In this document: positions 38,093-46,248 of the stretch, piece after piece | How the letters are laid out: each line of letters starts with the position of its first letter | How positions within the stretch are numbered: the stretch's first letter is position 1 | Assembly: GCA_963762905.1 (NCBI GenBank) | Contig: CAVXMJ010000011.1 | Coordinates: 201,318 to 265,317 of the forward strand | Reading direction: 5' to 3' | Length of the DNA stretch: 64,000 bases | Source of the DNA: an uncultured Acidobacteriaceae bacterium | GTDB lineage: Bacteria > Acidobacteriota > Terriglobia > Terriglobales > Acidobacteriaceae | Made by a program: the position numbers and the translations under genes | The notes under the pieces: generated by a model | What the model was told of the DNA's origin: nothing | Database searches by the model: none | Seen by the model: only the letters and a program-made list of their open reading frames with translations

Positions 38093-38568
38093 GGTCATCC
38101 TGAGCGAGGTCGCCTTGGCGACCGAGTCGAAGGACCTGCATTTGCTTCGATAATTCTGACCACGCGGCCAACTATCGTCTTTGGGCGACCACTATGCACG
38201 AGCGCTTCTATTACACCTACATCGTAGCCAGTCGGAGCCTTACTCTTTACATCGGGATGACGGGCGATCTCGACAAACGAATCTTCGAGCACAAGAACAA
38301 GCTCTTTGAGGGTTTTTCGGCGGAGTACAACTGCGACCGCCTGGTATGGTTTGAGCGTTATGCTCATGCCAGCAGCGCGATTTAGCGGGAGAAGCAATTG
38401 AAGGGATGGACTCGAGCGAAGAAGATCGCACTCATCAAGAAGAGCAATCCGACTTGGGTCGATTTGAGTAAAGAGTGGTACACACAGGAGCAGTTGGTCG
38501 GCGCGGAGAGCTAAATGCAGGTCCTTCGACTCGTCCGTCGCTGCGCTCCGAACTCGCTCAGGATGACC
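38093..38568. mobile_element. GIY-YIG nuclease gene flanked by inverted REP-like repeats (REPtron-like cassette)
   Basis: Left repeat 38093-38143 is ggtcatcctgagcgag-gtcgccttggcgac-cgagtcgaaggacctgcattt. Right repeat 38513-38568, reverse complemented, is ggtcatcctgagcgag-ttcggagcgcagcgacgga-cgagtcgaaggacctgcattt. The arms are identical and the internal segment differs. Confidence 0.7.
38194..38514 (+). pseudogene. Small GIY-YIG nuclease (UPF0213/YhbQ-like) interrupted by an in-frame TAG
   Basis: MHERFYYTYIVAS..TLYIGMTGDL..RIFEHK...GF...Y....LVWFE......AI*REKQLKGWTRAKKIALI...NPTW.DLS. TAG is at 38383-38385 and the frame continues to TAA at 38512-38514. Confidence 0.85.
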
Positions 38569-38757
38569 GATCGTTTGGATGGTTGAAGAGTGAGCGACGA
38601 TCCTGCTCCCATGTTGGCAAAACTGGCGCCAGTCGCAGTCTGACGGCCAATAGTGCATTTCAGCGTGCGCATTTCGTCATCTGATGATTGGCTGGCCGCA
38701 CCCGTCGCTCCCCGCGATAAGCTAGTAGCTAAACGCCAGGAGCCGAAAGCTAACCCC

Positions 38758-39906
38758 ATGTCTCCATACAAGTACTCAACCCTTGCCGTCCACGCCGGAC
38801 AGCACCCCGACCCTCTGACAGGCGCCGTGAATGTGCCCGTCTATCTATCGTCGACTTTTGAACTCACCGGTATTGGCAGCGATCGCGGCTGGGACTACTC
38901 GCGCGCCGGCAACCCCACGCGCGACCGGCTGGAATCGGCATTGGCAACGCTGGAAGGCGGAACGAGCGCGCATGCATTCACCACCGGAATGGCCGCCATC
39001 TCCGCATTGGTGGCGATGCTTCGCGCAGGCGATCACATCGTCTGTTCGCGCGACGTGTACGCAGGAACGGTCCGTCTCTTCGATCAGATCGTGAGCGGGT
39101 ACGGCATCCAGATCGAGTACGTCGATACCAGCAACCTGGCGGCAGTGGAAGCGGCGATAAAGCCGAACACGAAGCTCCTGCACATTGAGACGCCGAGCAA
39201 CCCGCTGATGGTGCTCACGGACATCGCCGGCGTGGCAAAGATCGCTCACGCCCGCGGCGTCGAAGTCAGCGTCGACAACACCTTCCTGTCGCCCGCGCTG
39301 CAGCGTCCGCTCGAGCTCGGCGCCGACATCGTAATGCATTCCACCACAAAGTACCTCAACGGCCACTCCGACGGCCTTGGCGGAGCGCTGATCGGATCAA
39401 AGCCCGAGCACAAGGAGCGCTATCTGCTCGTCCAGAAAGCGGCGGGTGGCGTAATGTCTCCTTTCGAATGCTTCCTGGTTTTGCGCGGTATCAAGACGCT
39501 TCCGCTGCGCATCAAGCAGCATGAGGTGAACGGCCGCGCAGTCGCGGAGTTCCTCTCCACGCACAAGAAGGTGACCAAGCTCGCTTACCCCGGCTTGAAG
39601 ACTCACCCGCAGTACGATCTGGCGGTGAAACAGCAGAAGGGCTTCGGATCGATGATGAGCTTCGAGCTCAAGTCGCGCGAGGAAGCGGCACGCTTCCTGA
39701 AGGCGATCAAGATCTTCCTCAACGCGGAATCCTTGGGCGGTGTTGAGTCGCTGGCGTCGCACTCGGCGACCACCACGCATGGCTCTGTCAGCGAAGAAGT
39801 GCGCCAGTCAATGGGGATCAACGAAGGGCGAATCCGGCTCTCGATCGGCATTGAGGATAAGGAAGATCTGATCGCCGACCTTGATCAGGCGCTTGCCGCA
39901 GTCTAA
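38758..39906 (+). CDS. PLP-dependent trans-sulfuration enzyme (cystathionine gamma-synthase/lyase family)
   Basis: YSRAGNPTR, GMAAI, ETPSNP, VDNTF, HSTTKYLNGHSD, ESLGGVESL, IRLSIGIE. Confidence 0.93.
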   Translation: MSPYKYSTLAVHAGQHPDPLTGAVNVPVYLSSTFELTGIGSDRGWDYSRAGNPTRDRLESALATLEGGTSAHAFTTGMAAISALVAMLRAGDHIVCSRDVYAGTVRLFDQIVSGYGIQIEYVDTSNLAAVEAAIKPNTKLLHIETPSNPLMVLTDIAGVAKIAHARGVEVSVDNTFLSPALQRPLELGADIVMHSTTKYLNGHSDGLGGALIGSKPEHKERYLLVQKAAGGVMSPFECFLVLRGIKTLPLRIKQHEVNGRAVAEFLSTHKKVTKLAYPGLKTHPQYDLAVKQQKGFGSMMSFELKSREEAARFLKAIKIFLNAESLGGVESLASHSATTTHGSVSEEVRQSMGINEGRIRLSIGIEDKEDLIADLDQALAAV

Positions 39907-39915
39907 GGAGATTCT

Positions 39916-40608
39916 GTGTCCTTTGGACAGCCGATTCTCGCCATCGATACTTGCGGCCCCGCCGGTTCAGTCGCGCTGGCCCGCCTGGCCGGGCGCGACG
40001 TCGAGATTCTCGGGCAAACCGAGTTAGCTGGTCGGACCTACTCGGCGACGCTGGTCGCCGCGGTGGCCGATTTGCTGCAATCGGCAGGGGTCGAGCTCCG
40101 AGAACTTGGCGGAATTGTAGTCGTCAGCGGGCCGGGAAGTTTTACCGGAGTCCGCGTCGGGCTGAGCGCGGTAAAGGGGCTGGCCGAAGGAACGGATATT
40201 CCTGTCGTCGCACTCTCGCGGCTCGAGGTTCTTTCGCGCAAAACCGGCGTGCCATCATCAGCGCTCAACGCGCATCGTGGCGAGGTCTTCCTAAGGCTGG
40301 AGCGAATGGGCTCTATGTCCGTCGAGATTCTCGCCGGCCCTCGTGAACTTGCAGCGATCGATCCCGTGCCGATCCGGCTGGCCGTTTGCGACGATGAGGC
40401 AGCAGCGATCCTGGCTGCGGCATGGCCGAGCACTCAACTGGTCAAAACCTCGGCTCCGGTTGCATCAGACACGCTCCGTCTCGGCGAGGCTCGCCTGATT
40501 GCTGGCGCCGCTGTCGACGTCGCCCTTCTCGACGGCCACTATCTTCGCCGCTCAGATGCAGAGATCTTCGGTGCCGAGACTGAGGCCAAACCGGCGGCGA
40601 GGTCTTAG
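39916..40608 (+). CDS. tsaB: tRNA t6A biosynthesis protein TsaB
   Basis: ILAIDT, GPGSFTGVRVG, A.RGEVF, Y.RRSDAE. Confidence 0.92.
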   Translation: MSFGQPILAIDTCGPAGSVALARLAGRDVEILGQTELAGRTYSATLVAAVADLLQSAGVELRELGGIVVVSGPGSFTGVRVGLSAVKGLAEGTDIPVVALSRLEVLSRKTGVPSSALNAHRGEVFLRLERMGSMSVEILAGPRELAAIDPVPIRLAVCDDEAAAILAAAWPSTQLVKTSAPVASDTLRLGEARLIAGAAVDVALLDGHYLRRSDAEIFGAETEAKPAARS

Positions 40609-40609
40609 C

Positions 40610-41113
40610 GTGCAGAATCCCTCTGCGGAAAGAGCGCAGGTCCGGCGCATGACCGCTGCCGACCTGCCCCGGGTGATGGAGATTGCCGCCAATCTGCCGG
40701 ATGCACCGCACTGGCCGGAATCAGCCTATCTGGACGCGTTGAATCCCGATGCGACTCCTCGCCGCATCGCCTTGGTCGTCGCCGGGCCACAGCCAGGCGA
40801 TTTCAAGGGCTTTATCGTGGCGAGTGTCTTGCCGCCGCAGGCGGAACTCGAATCGATTGTCGTGGCAGTCGGGAGTCAACAAACAGGCCTGGGCCGCTTG
40901 CTCTTCAACAATCTGGTCAGCCAACTGCAAGCAGCAGGCGTGATCGAGATCACCCTTGAGGTGCGGGCGTCAAACCGCGCCGCACTTGCCTTCTACCGGT
41001 CCGCAGGCTTCAGTCAGAGCGGTCTCCGCAGAGCCTATTATTCTGATCCTATTGAGGATGCGGTGCTGATGCGACTTCCTCTTTCATGGGCCGCCGCTGA
41101 CGAGCCATCCTGA
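40610..41113 (+). CDS. rimI: RimI-like GNAT N-acetyltransferase
   Basis: RRMT.ADL, GLGR.L, TLEVRASN.AA..FY...GF...G.RRAYY....EDA..M; directly after tsaB. Confidence 0.85.
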   Translation: MQNPSAERAQVRRMTAADLPRVMEIAANLPDAPHWPESAYLDALNPDATPRRIALVVAGPQPGDFKGFIVASVLPPQAELESIVVAVGSQQTGLGRLLFNNLVSQLQAAGVIEITLEVRASNRAALAFYRSAGFSQSGLRRAYYSDPIEDAVLMRLPLSWAAADEPS

Positions 41114-41256
41114 TCGGCCGCTTCGATATTCACAGGCGTCAGTTACCTCTAGCGGATTTCTGACTTGCCGATTCACACGAAACGGCGATATATGTAAATG
41201 TTCTAAGAAAAACGGCGGCCAGGCATCACCGAACCAAACCGCCGATCCGGAGGTGC

Positions 41257-41469
41257 TTGATGGACGAAGTACAAGGTTCCATGCTGGGCGAAGAGATCGA
41301 TCGCCTGCACGCAGAACATCGCCGCTACGCTCAGCGTTTGGAAGAGTTGCTTCAAAAGCCATACCTTTCCGAAGACGAACAACTTGAAGAAGTGCGCTTG
41401 AAGAAACTCAAGCTGCACGCCAAGGACCTGATTTTCGCGCTCGAGCGACGCGTTCCGGCTGTGGCGTAA
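41257..41469 (+). CDS. DUF465/YdcH family small coiled-coil protein
   Basis: EH......L...RLKKLKLHAKD.I pattern; GGAGGT RBS. Confidence 0.85.
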   Translation: MMDEVQGSMLGEEIDRLHAEHRRYAQRLEELLQKPYLSEDEQLEEVRLKKLKLHAKDLIFALERRVPAVA

Positions 41470-41605
41470 GCTCCGAGGGTATAGGCTTTTGTGGCTCGCC
41501 CGCCGGGCGTCACCGCCTGGCAGCGTGATTCGTTCTTTTGTGCCCCGCTGGTCCCTTGGTCCCCGGGGGCTCATCTCCTGGATCACCGTATAATCGTTGG
41601 GAACC

Positions 41606-42247
41606 ATGGTTCGCGACGGTTACATCTACGGGTTGAGCTTGCTGGCAGTCGCTGCCGCGCTCAAGTGGGTTACAGGAGAGTGGATCTGGAGCCTGGCACC
41701 GGTCCTGCTTGCTGCGTTTTTCCTTTGGTTCTTCCGCGATCCTTCACGCACAGTTCCGGTCGGCGGCGGCTTGATCGTTTCGCCCGGTGATGGCCTCGTT
41801 ACTGAAACCACTTCCATTTCGACTCCCGAAGGTTCGCGACAGCGGATCAGCATCTTCCTGAGCGTTTTTGATGTCCACGTGAATCGCGCCCCGATCGGCG
41901 GAGTCCTGAGCCGAGTCCGCTACCAGAAGGGCCAGTTCCTCAATGCTATGAACCCCGCCTCTGCCGAGCGCAACGAACAAAACGCCGTCACCATCCGCGG
42001 CCAGGGTCCGGACGGAGGGTATGAAGTGACCTTCAAGCAGATTGCCGGGCTGCTCGCGCGTCGCATTGTCTTTCGCTGCAATGAAGGGGAATCGGTCGAG
42101 CGAGGGCAGCGCGTGGGGCTCATCAAGTTCGGCTCCAGAGTCGATGTTGTGATTCCATCGCGCGCGGTTTTGCGGGTCAAGGTCGGAGACAGGGTCAAGG
42201 GAGGCGCCAGCGTGCTCGCTGTGATGCCCAACGGAGAGAGCGCGTGA
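41606..42247 (+). CDS. psd: Phosphatidylserine decarboxylase proenzyme
   Basis: [46 protein letters not shown] (self-cleavage GS). Confidence 0.95.
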   Translation: MVRDGYIYGLSLLAVAAALKWVTGEWIWSLAPVLLAAFFLWFFRDPSRTVPVGGGLIVSPGDGLVTETTSISTPEGSRQRISIFLSVFDVHVNRAPIGGVLSRVRYQKGQFLNAMNPASAERNEQNAVTIRGQGPDGGYEVTFKQIAGLLARRIVFRCNEGESVERGQRVGLIKFGSRVDVVIPSRAVLRVKVGDRVKGGASVLAVMPNGESA

Positions 42248-43143
42248 ATTCCTTTGGTTTTCCGGGAAAGGGCAAACCGCATCCGCGCATCCGGCGAGGC
42301 ATGTACCTGCTGCCCTCAATGTTCACGGCCGGGAGCCTCGGAGCAGGCTACTTCTCCGTTACGCAAACCATTGCAGCCCTCGACGGAAGCGGCCAGGCGC
42401 ATGCGCATTTGGACTGGGCGGCTATCGCCATCCTGTTCGCCATTCCCTTTGACGCCCTCGATGGCCGCATTGCGCGCCTCACCAACACCGCAAGCGACTT
42501 TGGCAGGGAACTGGATTCCCTGGCCGATGTCATCACCTTCGGTATGGCGCCAAGCATTCTGGCGTTTGTCTGGGGATTCCATTTCCTTCCCGACTCCATG
42601 AACCCTCAGCTGCGCCAGCACTTGATGCAGGCCGGCGCTTTCATCTGTTTTCTTTTTCTTCTTAGCGGGGCTTCACGTCTGGCGCGCTTCAACATCAGCC
42701 CGGACGCGCAGCCACGCAACCCGGGCCGCGACGACAGAAAGTACTTTGTCGGCATGCCCATCCCCGCGGCAGCTGGTCTTCTGGCTGCTACGGTCCATTT
42801 CTTCAACGCCTATCCCGTCGAAGAGTGGTGGGTCGCGGTTCCGTGGCTCATCCTTGTCGGACTGACCGGCTTCCTGATGGTCAGCACCTGGCGCTTCTGG
42901 TCGGCCAAGGAGATTAACTTTTCCCGCCGCCATCCCTTTCAGTTGTTAGTGTTGCTGGCGTTGATCGCATACATTGCGCTACGGTACTCCAATGTGGTCA
43001 TGTTCCCGGTAGCACTGGCATACATGTTTTCGGGGATTTGGGCACGCGCGGCGTATGGCTGGTCAAGACGGCGGCGTCGGAGGCCGCTTGATCCACCCGC
43101 TCCTTTGCCGGTGACGCCAGAAACCGGTTCATCGCGACCGTAA
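42244..43143 (+). CDS. pssA: CDP-diacylglycerol--serine O-phosphatidyltransferase
   Basis: DALDGRIAR...[32 protein letters not shown]; overlaps psd. Confidence 0.92.
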   Translation: MNSFGFPGKGKPHPRIRRGMYLLPSMFTAGSLGAGYFSVTQTIAALDGSGQAHAHLDWAAIAILFAIPFDALDGRIARLTNTASDFGRELDSLADVITFGMAPSILAFVWGFHFLPDSMNPQLRQHLMQAGAFICFLFLLSGASRLARFNISPDAQPRNPGRDDRKYFVGMPIPAAAGLLAATVHFFNAYPVEEWWVAVPWLILVGLTGFLMVSTWRFWSAKEINFSRRHPFQLLVLLALIAYIALRYSNVVMFPVALAYMFSGIWARAAYGWSRRRRRRPLDPPAPLPVTPETGSSRP

Positions 43144-43172
43144 TCAAATCCTAAGCAGGAAAAAGGAATTCA

Positions 43173-44198
43173 GTGTACAAAATTGCCATCGCGGGCGCTG
43201 CGACCCTGGTGGGCCGAGAGTTGAAGGAAGTCCTCTCTGAATCGCCACTTGACTCAGCGAGCTTTGCGCTGTTCGACGAAGGGGACGCAAAGGGTCAGCT
43301 GGACCAGGTAGGCGACGAGGCCACGTTCATTCAGGCCATCAGCGCCAATGCTTTTGACGGCGTGGATTTCACATTCTTCTGCGGCAGCGAGAGTCTTACG
43401 CGCCGCCATTGGCAGCATGCATTGCGCGCCGGATCGACGGTCCTCGACCTCTCAGCTGCGTTGGATCGCGAGCCTGGCGTGGTGATTCGGGCACCGTGGC
43501 TGGGTTCGGATGCGGCGGCCGTCGATCTCTTCACCCCTGCTGTGGTTCCTGCTCACCCAGCCGTCATCGCGATCGCGCTGTTGCTCCAACGGTTGCAGAA
43601 GGTCGTGCCGGTGCGTTTCGCCGCCGCCACAGTGCTCGAGCCCGCCAGCGACTTCGGCCGGCCCGCCATGGACGAACTGCATCAGCAAACCGTCAGCTTG
43701 CTCAGCTTCCAGTCGCTGCCAAAGGCCTTTTACGACGCTCAAGCCGCATACAACTTGCTCGCCGGCACGGGAGAAAGCTCAAAGGTGAGCCTGCCTGAAG
43801 TGGAAGCGCGCATTCGCCGCCATTACGAGGTCTTGACCGGTGGTCGCGGTCCTTCACTCGCAGTGCAGGTGATTCATGCGCCGGTTTTCCATGGGGTTAC
43901 GTTTTCCATCGTTGTGGAATTGGAGCGGCCAGTGGAGATTGTCGCTGTGGAAGAGGCCTTGACTGGTGAGCATGTCGAATTGGTGCTCGAAGACACCGAT
44001 TCGCCTTCGAACCTGGCCGCCACGGGACAGAATGACATCCTGGTTCGGATGCGTCCGGAGCCGCTGGGTCGCAACTCCAATCTCGTTTCGCGCCTATGGC
44101 TTTGGGCTGCGGCCGATAATCTGCGCTTGAATGCCCAGAATGCCGTTCTTTGTGCGCTCGATCTGCGCCGAATTCGCCCACAGGGAACGGTACAGTAA
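43173..44198 (+). CDS. Asd/Usg-like protein (aspartate-semialdehyde dehydrogenase fold, catalytic Cys apparently absent)
   Basis: IAIAGA.TLVG.EL, VLDLS, S..G..AMDEL..QT, APVFHG, LW.AADNLR..A.NAV. Confidence 0.8.
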   Translation: MYKIAIAGAATLVGRELKEVLSESPLDSASFALFDEGDAKGQLDQVGDEATFIQAISANAFDGVDFTFFCGSESLTRRHWQHALRAGSTVLDLSAALDREPGVVIRAPWLGSDAAAVDLFTPAVVPAHPAVIAIALLLQRLQKVVPVRFAAATVLEPASDFGRPAMDELHQQTVSLLSFQSLPKAFYDAQAAYNLLAGTGESSKVSLPEVEARIRRHYEVLTGGRGPSLAVQVIHAPVFHGVTFSIVVELERPVEIVAVEEALTGEHVELVLEDTDSPSNLAATGQNDILVRMRPEPLGRNSNLVSRLWLWAAADNLRLNAQNAVLCALDLRRIRPQGTVQ

Positions 44199-44261
44199 GT
44201 AAGACAATACCAACAAGTCTTACAATTGAATAATTGGCTTACTTATGATACGTTGTAAGCC
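44197..44261. promoter_or_regulatory. vapBC promoter with candidate autoregulatory inverted repeats
   Basis: GTAAGAC (44199)/GTCTTAC (44217) and GGCTTAC (44236)/GTAAGCC (44255) inverted pairs in AT-rich DNA; extended -10 TGaTACGTT. Confidence 0.6.
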
Positions 44262-44555
44262 ATGAAGATGCTTCAGCGCCAAGCCGAAGATCAGGTTTAC
44301 GTCACTGTAAGCACGAAAGGGCAGCTTGTTATTCCCGCATCTATCCGGGAGGCGCTTGGGATCGAACCTGGCACTCGAATAGCCATTCGCCAGGAAGGAG
44401 CGCGAGTGATTCTCGATCCGGAAACCATCGCGGCAAAGTTGCGCTTGATTGACGAGATGCAGGGATCAACCGCCGGCCATGGATCCGGAGCCGATTTATT
44501 GATCGAGGATCGGCGCCTTGAGCGCGAGCGGGAACTGGCGGAAGAAGGCTGGTAA
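44262..44555 (+). CDS. AbrB/MazE-type DNA-binding antitoxin (VapB-like)
   Basis: TVSTKGQLVIPASIREALGIEPG swapped-hairpin motif upstream of a PIN gene. Confidence 0.9.
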   Translation: MKMLQRQAEDQVYVTVSTKGQLVIPASIREALGIEPGTRIAIRQEGARVILDPETIAAKLRLIDEMQGSTAGHGSGADLLIEDRRLERERELAEEGW

Positions 44556-44563
44556 GGCCGCAA

Positions 44564-44974
44564 ATGACCGTTTACGTGCTCGACTCCTCGGCTTTGATTC
44601 GCTACATTGACGGAGAACCTGGCGGCGACCGCGTAAAGGAAATCCTGAAAGAGTGCGTGAAGCGGCGAGTCGAAGTTTGGATTTCGGCTGTGCAATGGGG
44701 TGAGATCGCAGGGAACCTCCGCAAACGTTTAGGCGCGCCACACGAAGAGCGGATCCTCAGCAGTATCCTACCCAGCGAGGTCAGAATCATCCCCGTAAAC
44801 GGCGAACTGGCGGTGCGTGCAGCGGGGCTTCGCGTCGATCACAAGCTCGCTTATGCTGATTGCTTCGCTCTGGAGCTCGCGATGGATTCGCCCGATCACG
44901 TGCTGGTAACTGCGGATTCTGGGTTTAAATCTGTAGACAACCTCGCCCGGATTGAGTTTCTCCCTGCGAAATAG
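44564..44974 (+). CDS. PIN-domain VapC toxin
   Basis: YVLDSSAL, ISAVQWGEI, LAYADCFALELA, LVTADSGF. Confidence 0.9.
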   Translation: MTVYVLDSSALIRYIDGEPGGDRVKEILKECVKRRVEVWISAVQWGEIAGNLRKRLGAPHEERILSSILPSEVRIIPVNGELAVRAAGLRVDHKLAYADCFALELAMDSPDHVLVTADSGFKSVDNLARIEFLPAK

Positions 44975-44993
44975 TTGTCGAATCGGGGAGCAG

Positions 44994-46163
44994 CTACCGT
45001 CCTCCGCAATGGCCCCACAACTGCACAATGTAGCTGTCCGTCATTCCGGCAATGTAGTCGGCAACGGTGCGGGCCAGCCCTTCGGTAGGAACCTGCGCCT
45101 GGTGGTCCGGCGGCATCAACTTCGGATCCGACATGAATGTGCCGAACAGCTCAAGAACCACCTCCTGCGCTCGCGCATGCTCTTCTTCCTGGGCGGGCGT
45201 GTTGTAGAGATTCGAGTAGAGGAATGCCTTGACGGCGGCGCGTTCAGATTCCATTCGCGCGCTGAATGCCGCCAGTCTTTGCGGGGCGCTCCGGATTTCC
45301 TCAAGGGTCGTTGCACCGAGGGCGTGGACACGAAGTCGGACCTCATCGATCAGGTTGGTAACCCAGGCGTTCAAAAGCTGCCTCAGCGCTTCGTAAACCG
45401 CTAGGCGAGGCGGAGCAGCGGGAAACTTCGCGCGTGCGGCGTCGTGAAAGCCTCGGACTAAAGGCACGGCATCGAGAACCTGATCAAGAACTAAAATGCC
45501 GGAATCCAACCCATCGTCGAGATCGGCTGTGAGGTAGGCGATCTCGTCAGCCAGGTCGATCAATTGCGCTTCCAGCGGCGGGAAGCGGTCGAGAAAATAC
45601 TCGGCCAGCTCGGGATATTCTTGAGCAGAGTAATCACGCGAGTGCTTTACGATGCCCTCGCGGACGGCCAGCGTGAGATTGAGCCCGCGAAATGCCGGAT
45701 AGCGCTCCTCAAACCAGGTGACGATGCGCAATGCGTGGAGGTTGTGATCGAAGCTGAGACCGTGCGCGCGGAGAGCCTGATCGAGCGCCTTCTCCCCTGC
45801 GTGGCCAAAGGGGGGATGCCCGATGTCGTGTGCCAGGGCCAGGGCTTCAGCCAGTTCTACATTGAGACCCAGAGCGCCAGCCACGGTTCGCGAAATCTGT
45901 GTCACTTCGAGCGTATGCGTAAGCCGGCTGCGGAAATGGTCAGACAGTCCTTCGGCGGGCAGGCGCGTGAAGACTTGTGTTTTCCCGGCGAGGCGGCGAA
46001 AGGCGCGCGAGTGCAAGACCCGTGCGGCGTCGCGCGCAAAAGGAATGCGATAGGGATGCGGCGGCTCGGGGTAGATTCTGCGCGCCAACGCGCTGTCCGC
46101 ACTGCCAGAGACCGCGATCCCCGAGGGCAACGCGACAGCAGATTCAGTCTTGAGCGCAGTCAT
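44994..46163 (-). CDS. dgt: Deoxyguanosinetriphosphate triphosphohydrolase (HD family)
   Basis: RD..RVLHS.AFRRL..KTQVF, R.RLTHTLEV, AHDIGHPPFGHAGE, ADEIAY, DYIAGMTD. Confidence 0.93.
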   Translation of the reverse strand: MTALKTESAVALPSGIAVSGSADSALARRIYPEPPHPYRIPFARDAARVLHSRAFRRLAGKTQVFTRLPAEGLSDHFRSRLTHTLEVTQISRTVAGALGLNVELAEALALAHDIGHPPFGHAGEKALDQALRAHGLSFDHNLHALRIVTWFEERYPAFRGLNLTLAVREGIVKHSRDYSAQEYPELAEYFLDRFPPLEAQLIDLADEIAYLTADLDDGLDSGILVLDQVLDAVPLVRGFHDAARAKFPAAPPRLAVYEALRQLLNAWVTNLIDEVRLRVHALGATTLEEIRSAPQRLAAFSARMESERAAVKAFLYSNLYNTPAQEEEHARAQEVVLELFGTFMSDPKLMPPDHQAQVPTEGLARTVADYIAGMTDSYIVQLWGHCGGR

Positions 46164-46248
46164 CTAATCCGGCCCTCTCTGTGCAACCGCGAAGATCGCT
46201 GCTCAGATCTGGTTATACCGCAGGAGGGGGACATGCTTGCGGCCGGGG

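Noticed and set aside
38570-38757. SAM riboswitch upstream of the trans-sulfuration gene
   Set aside because: No ATC.AGAG...GCAACC...GTGC core was found.
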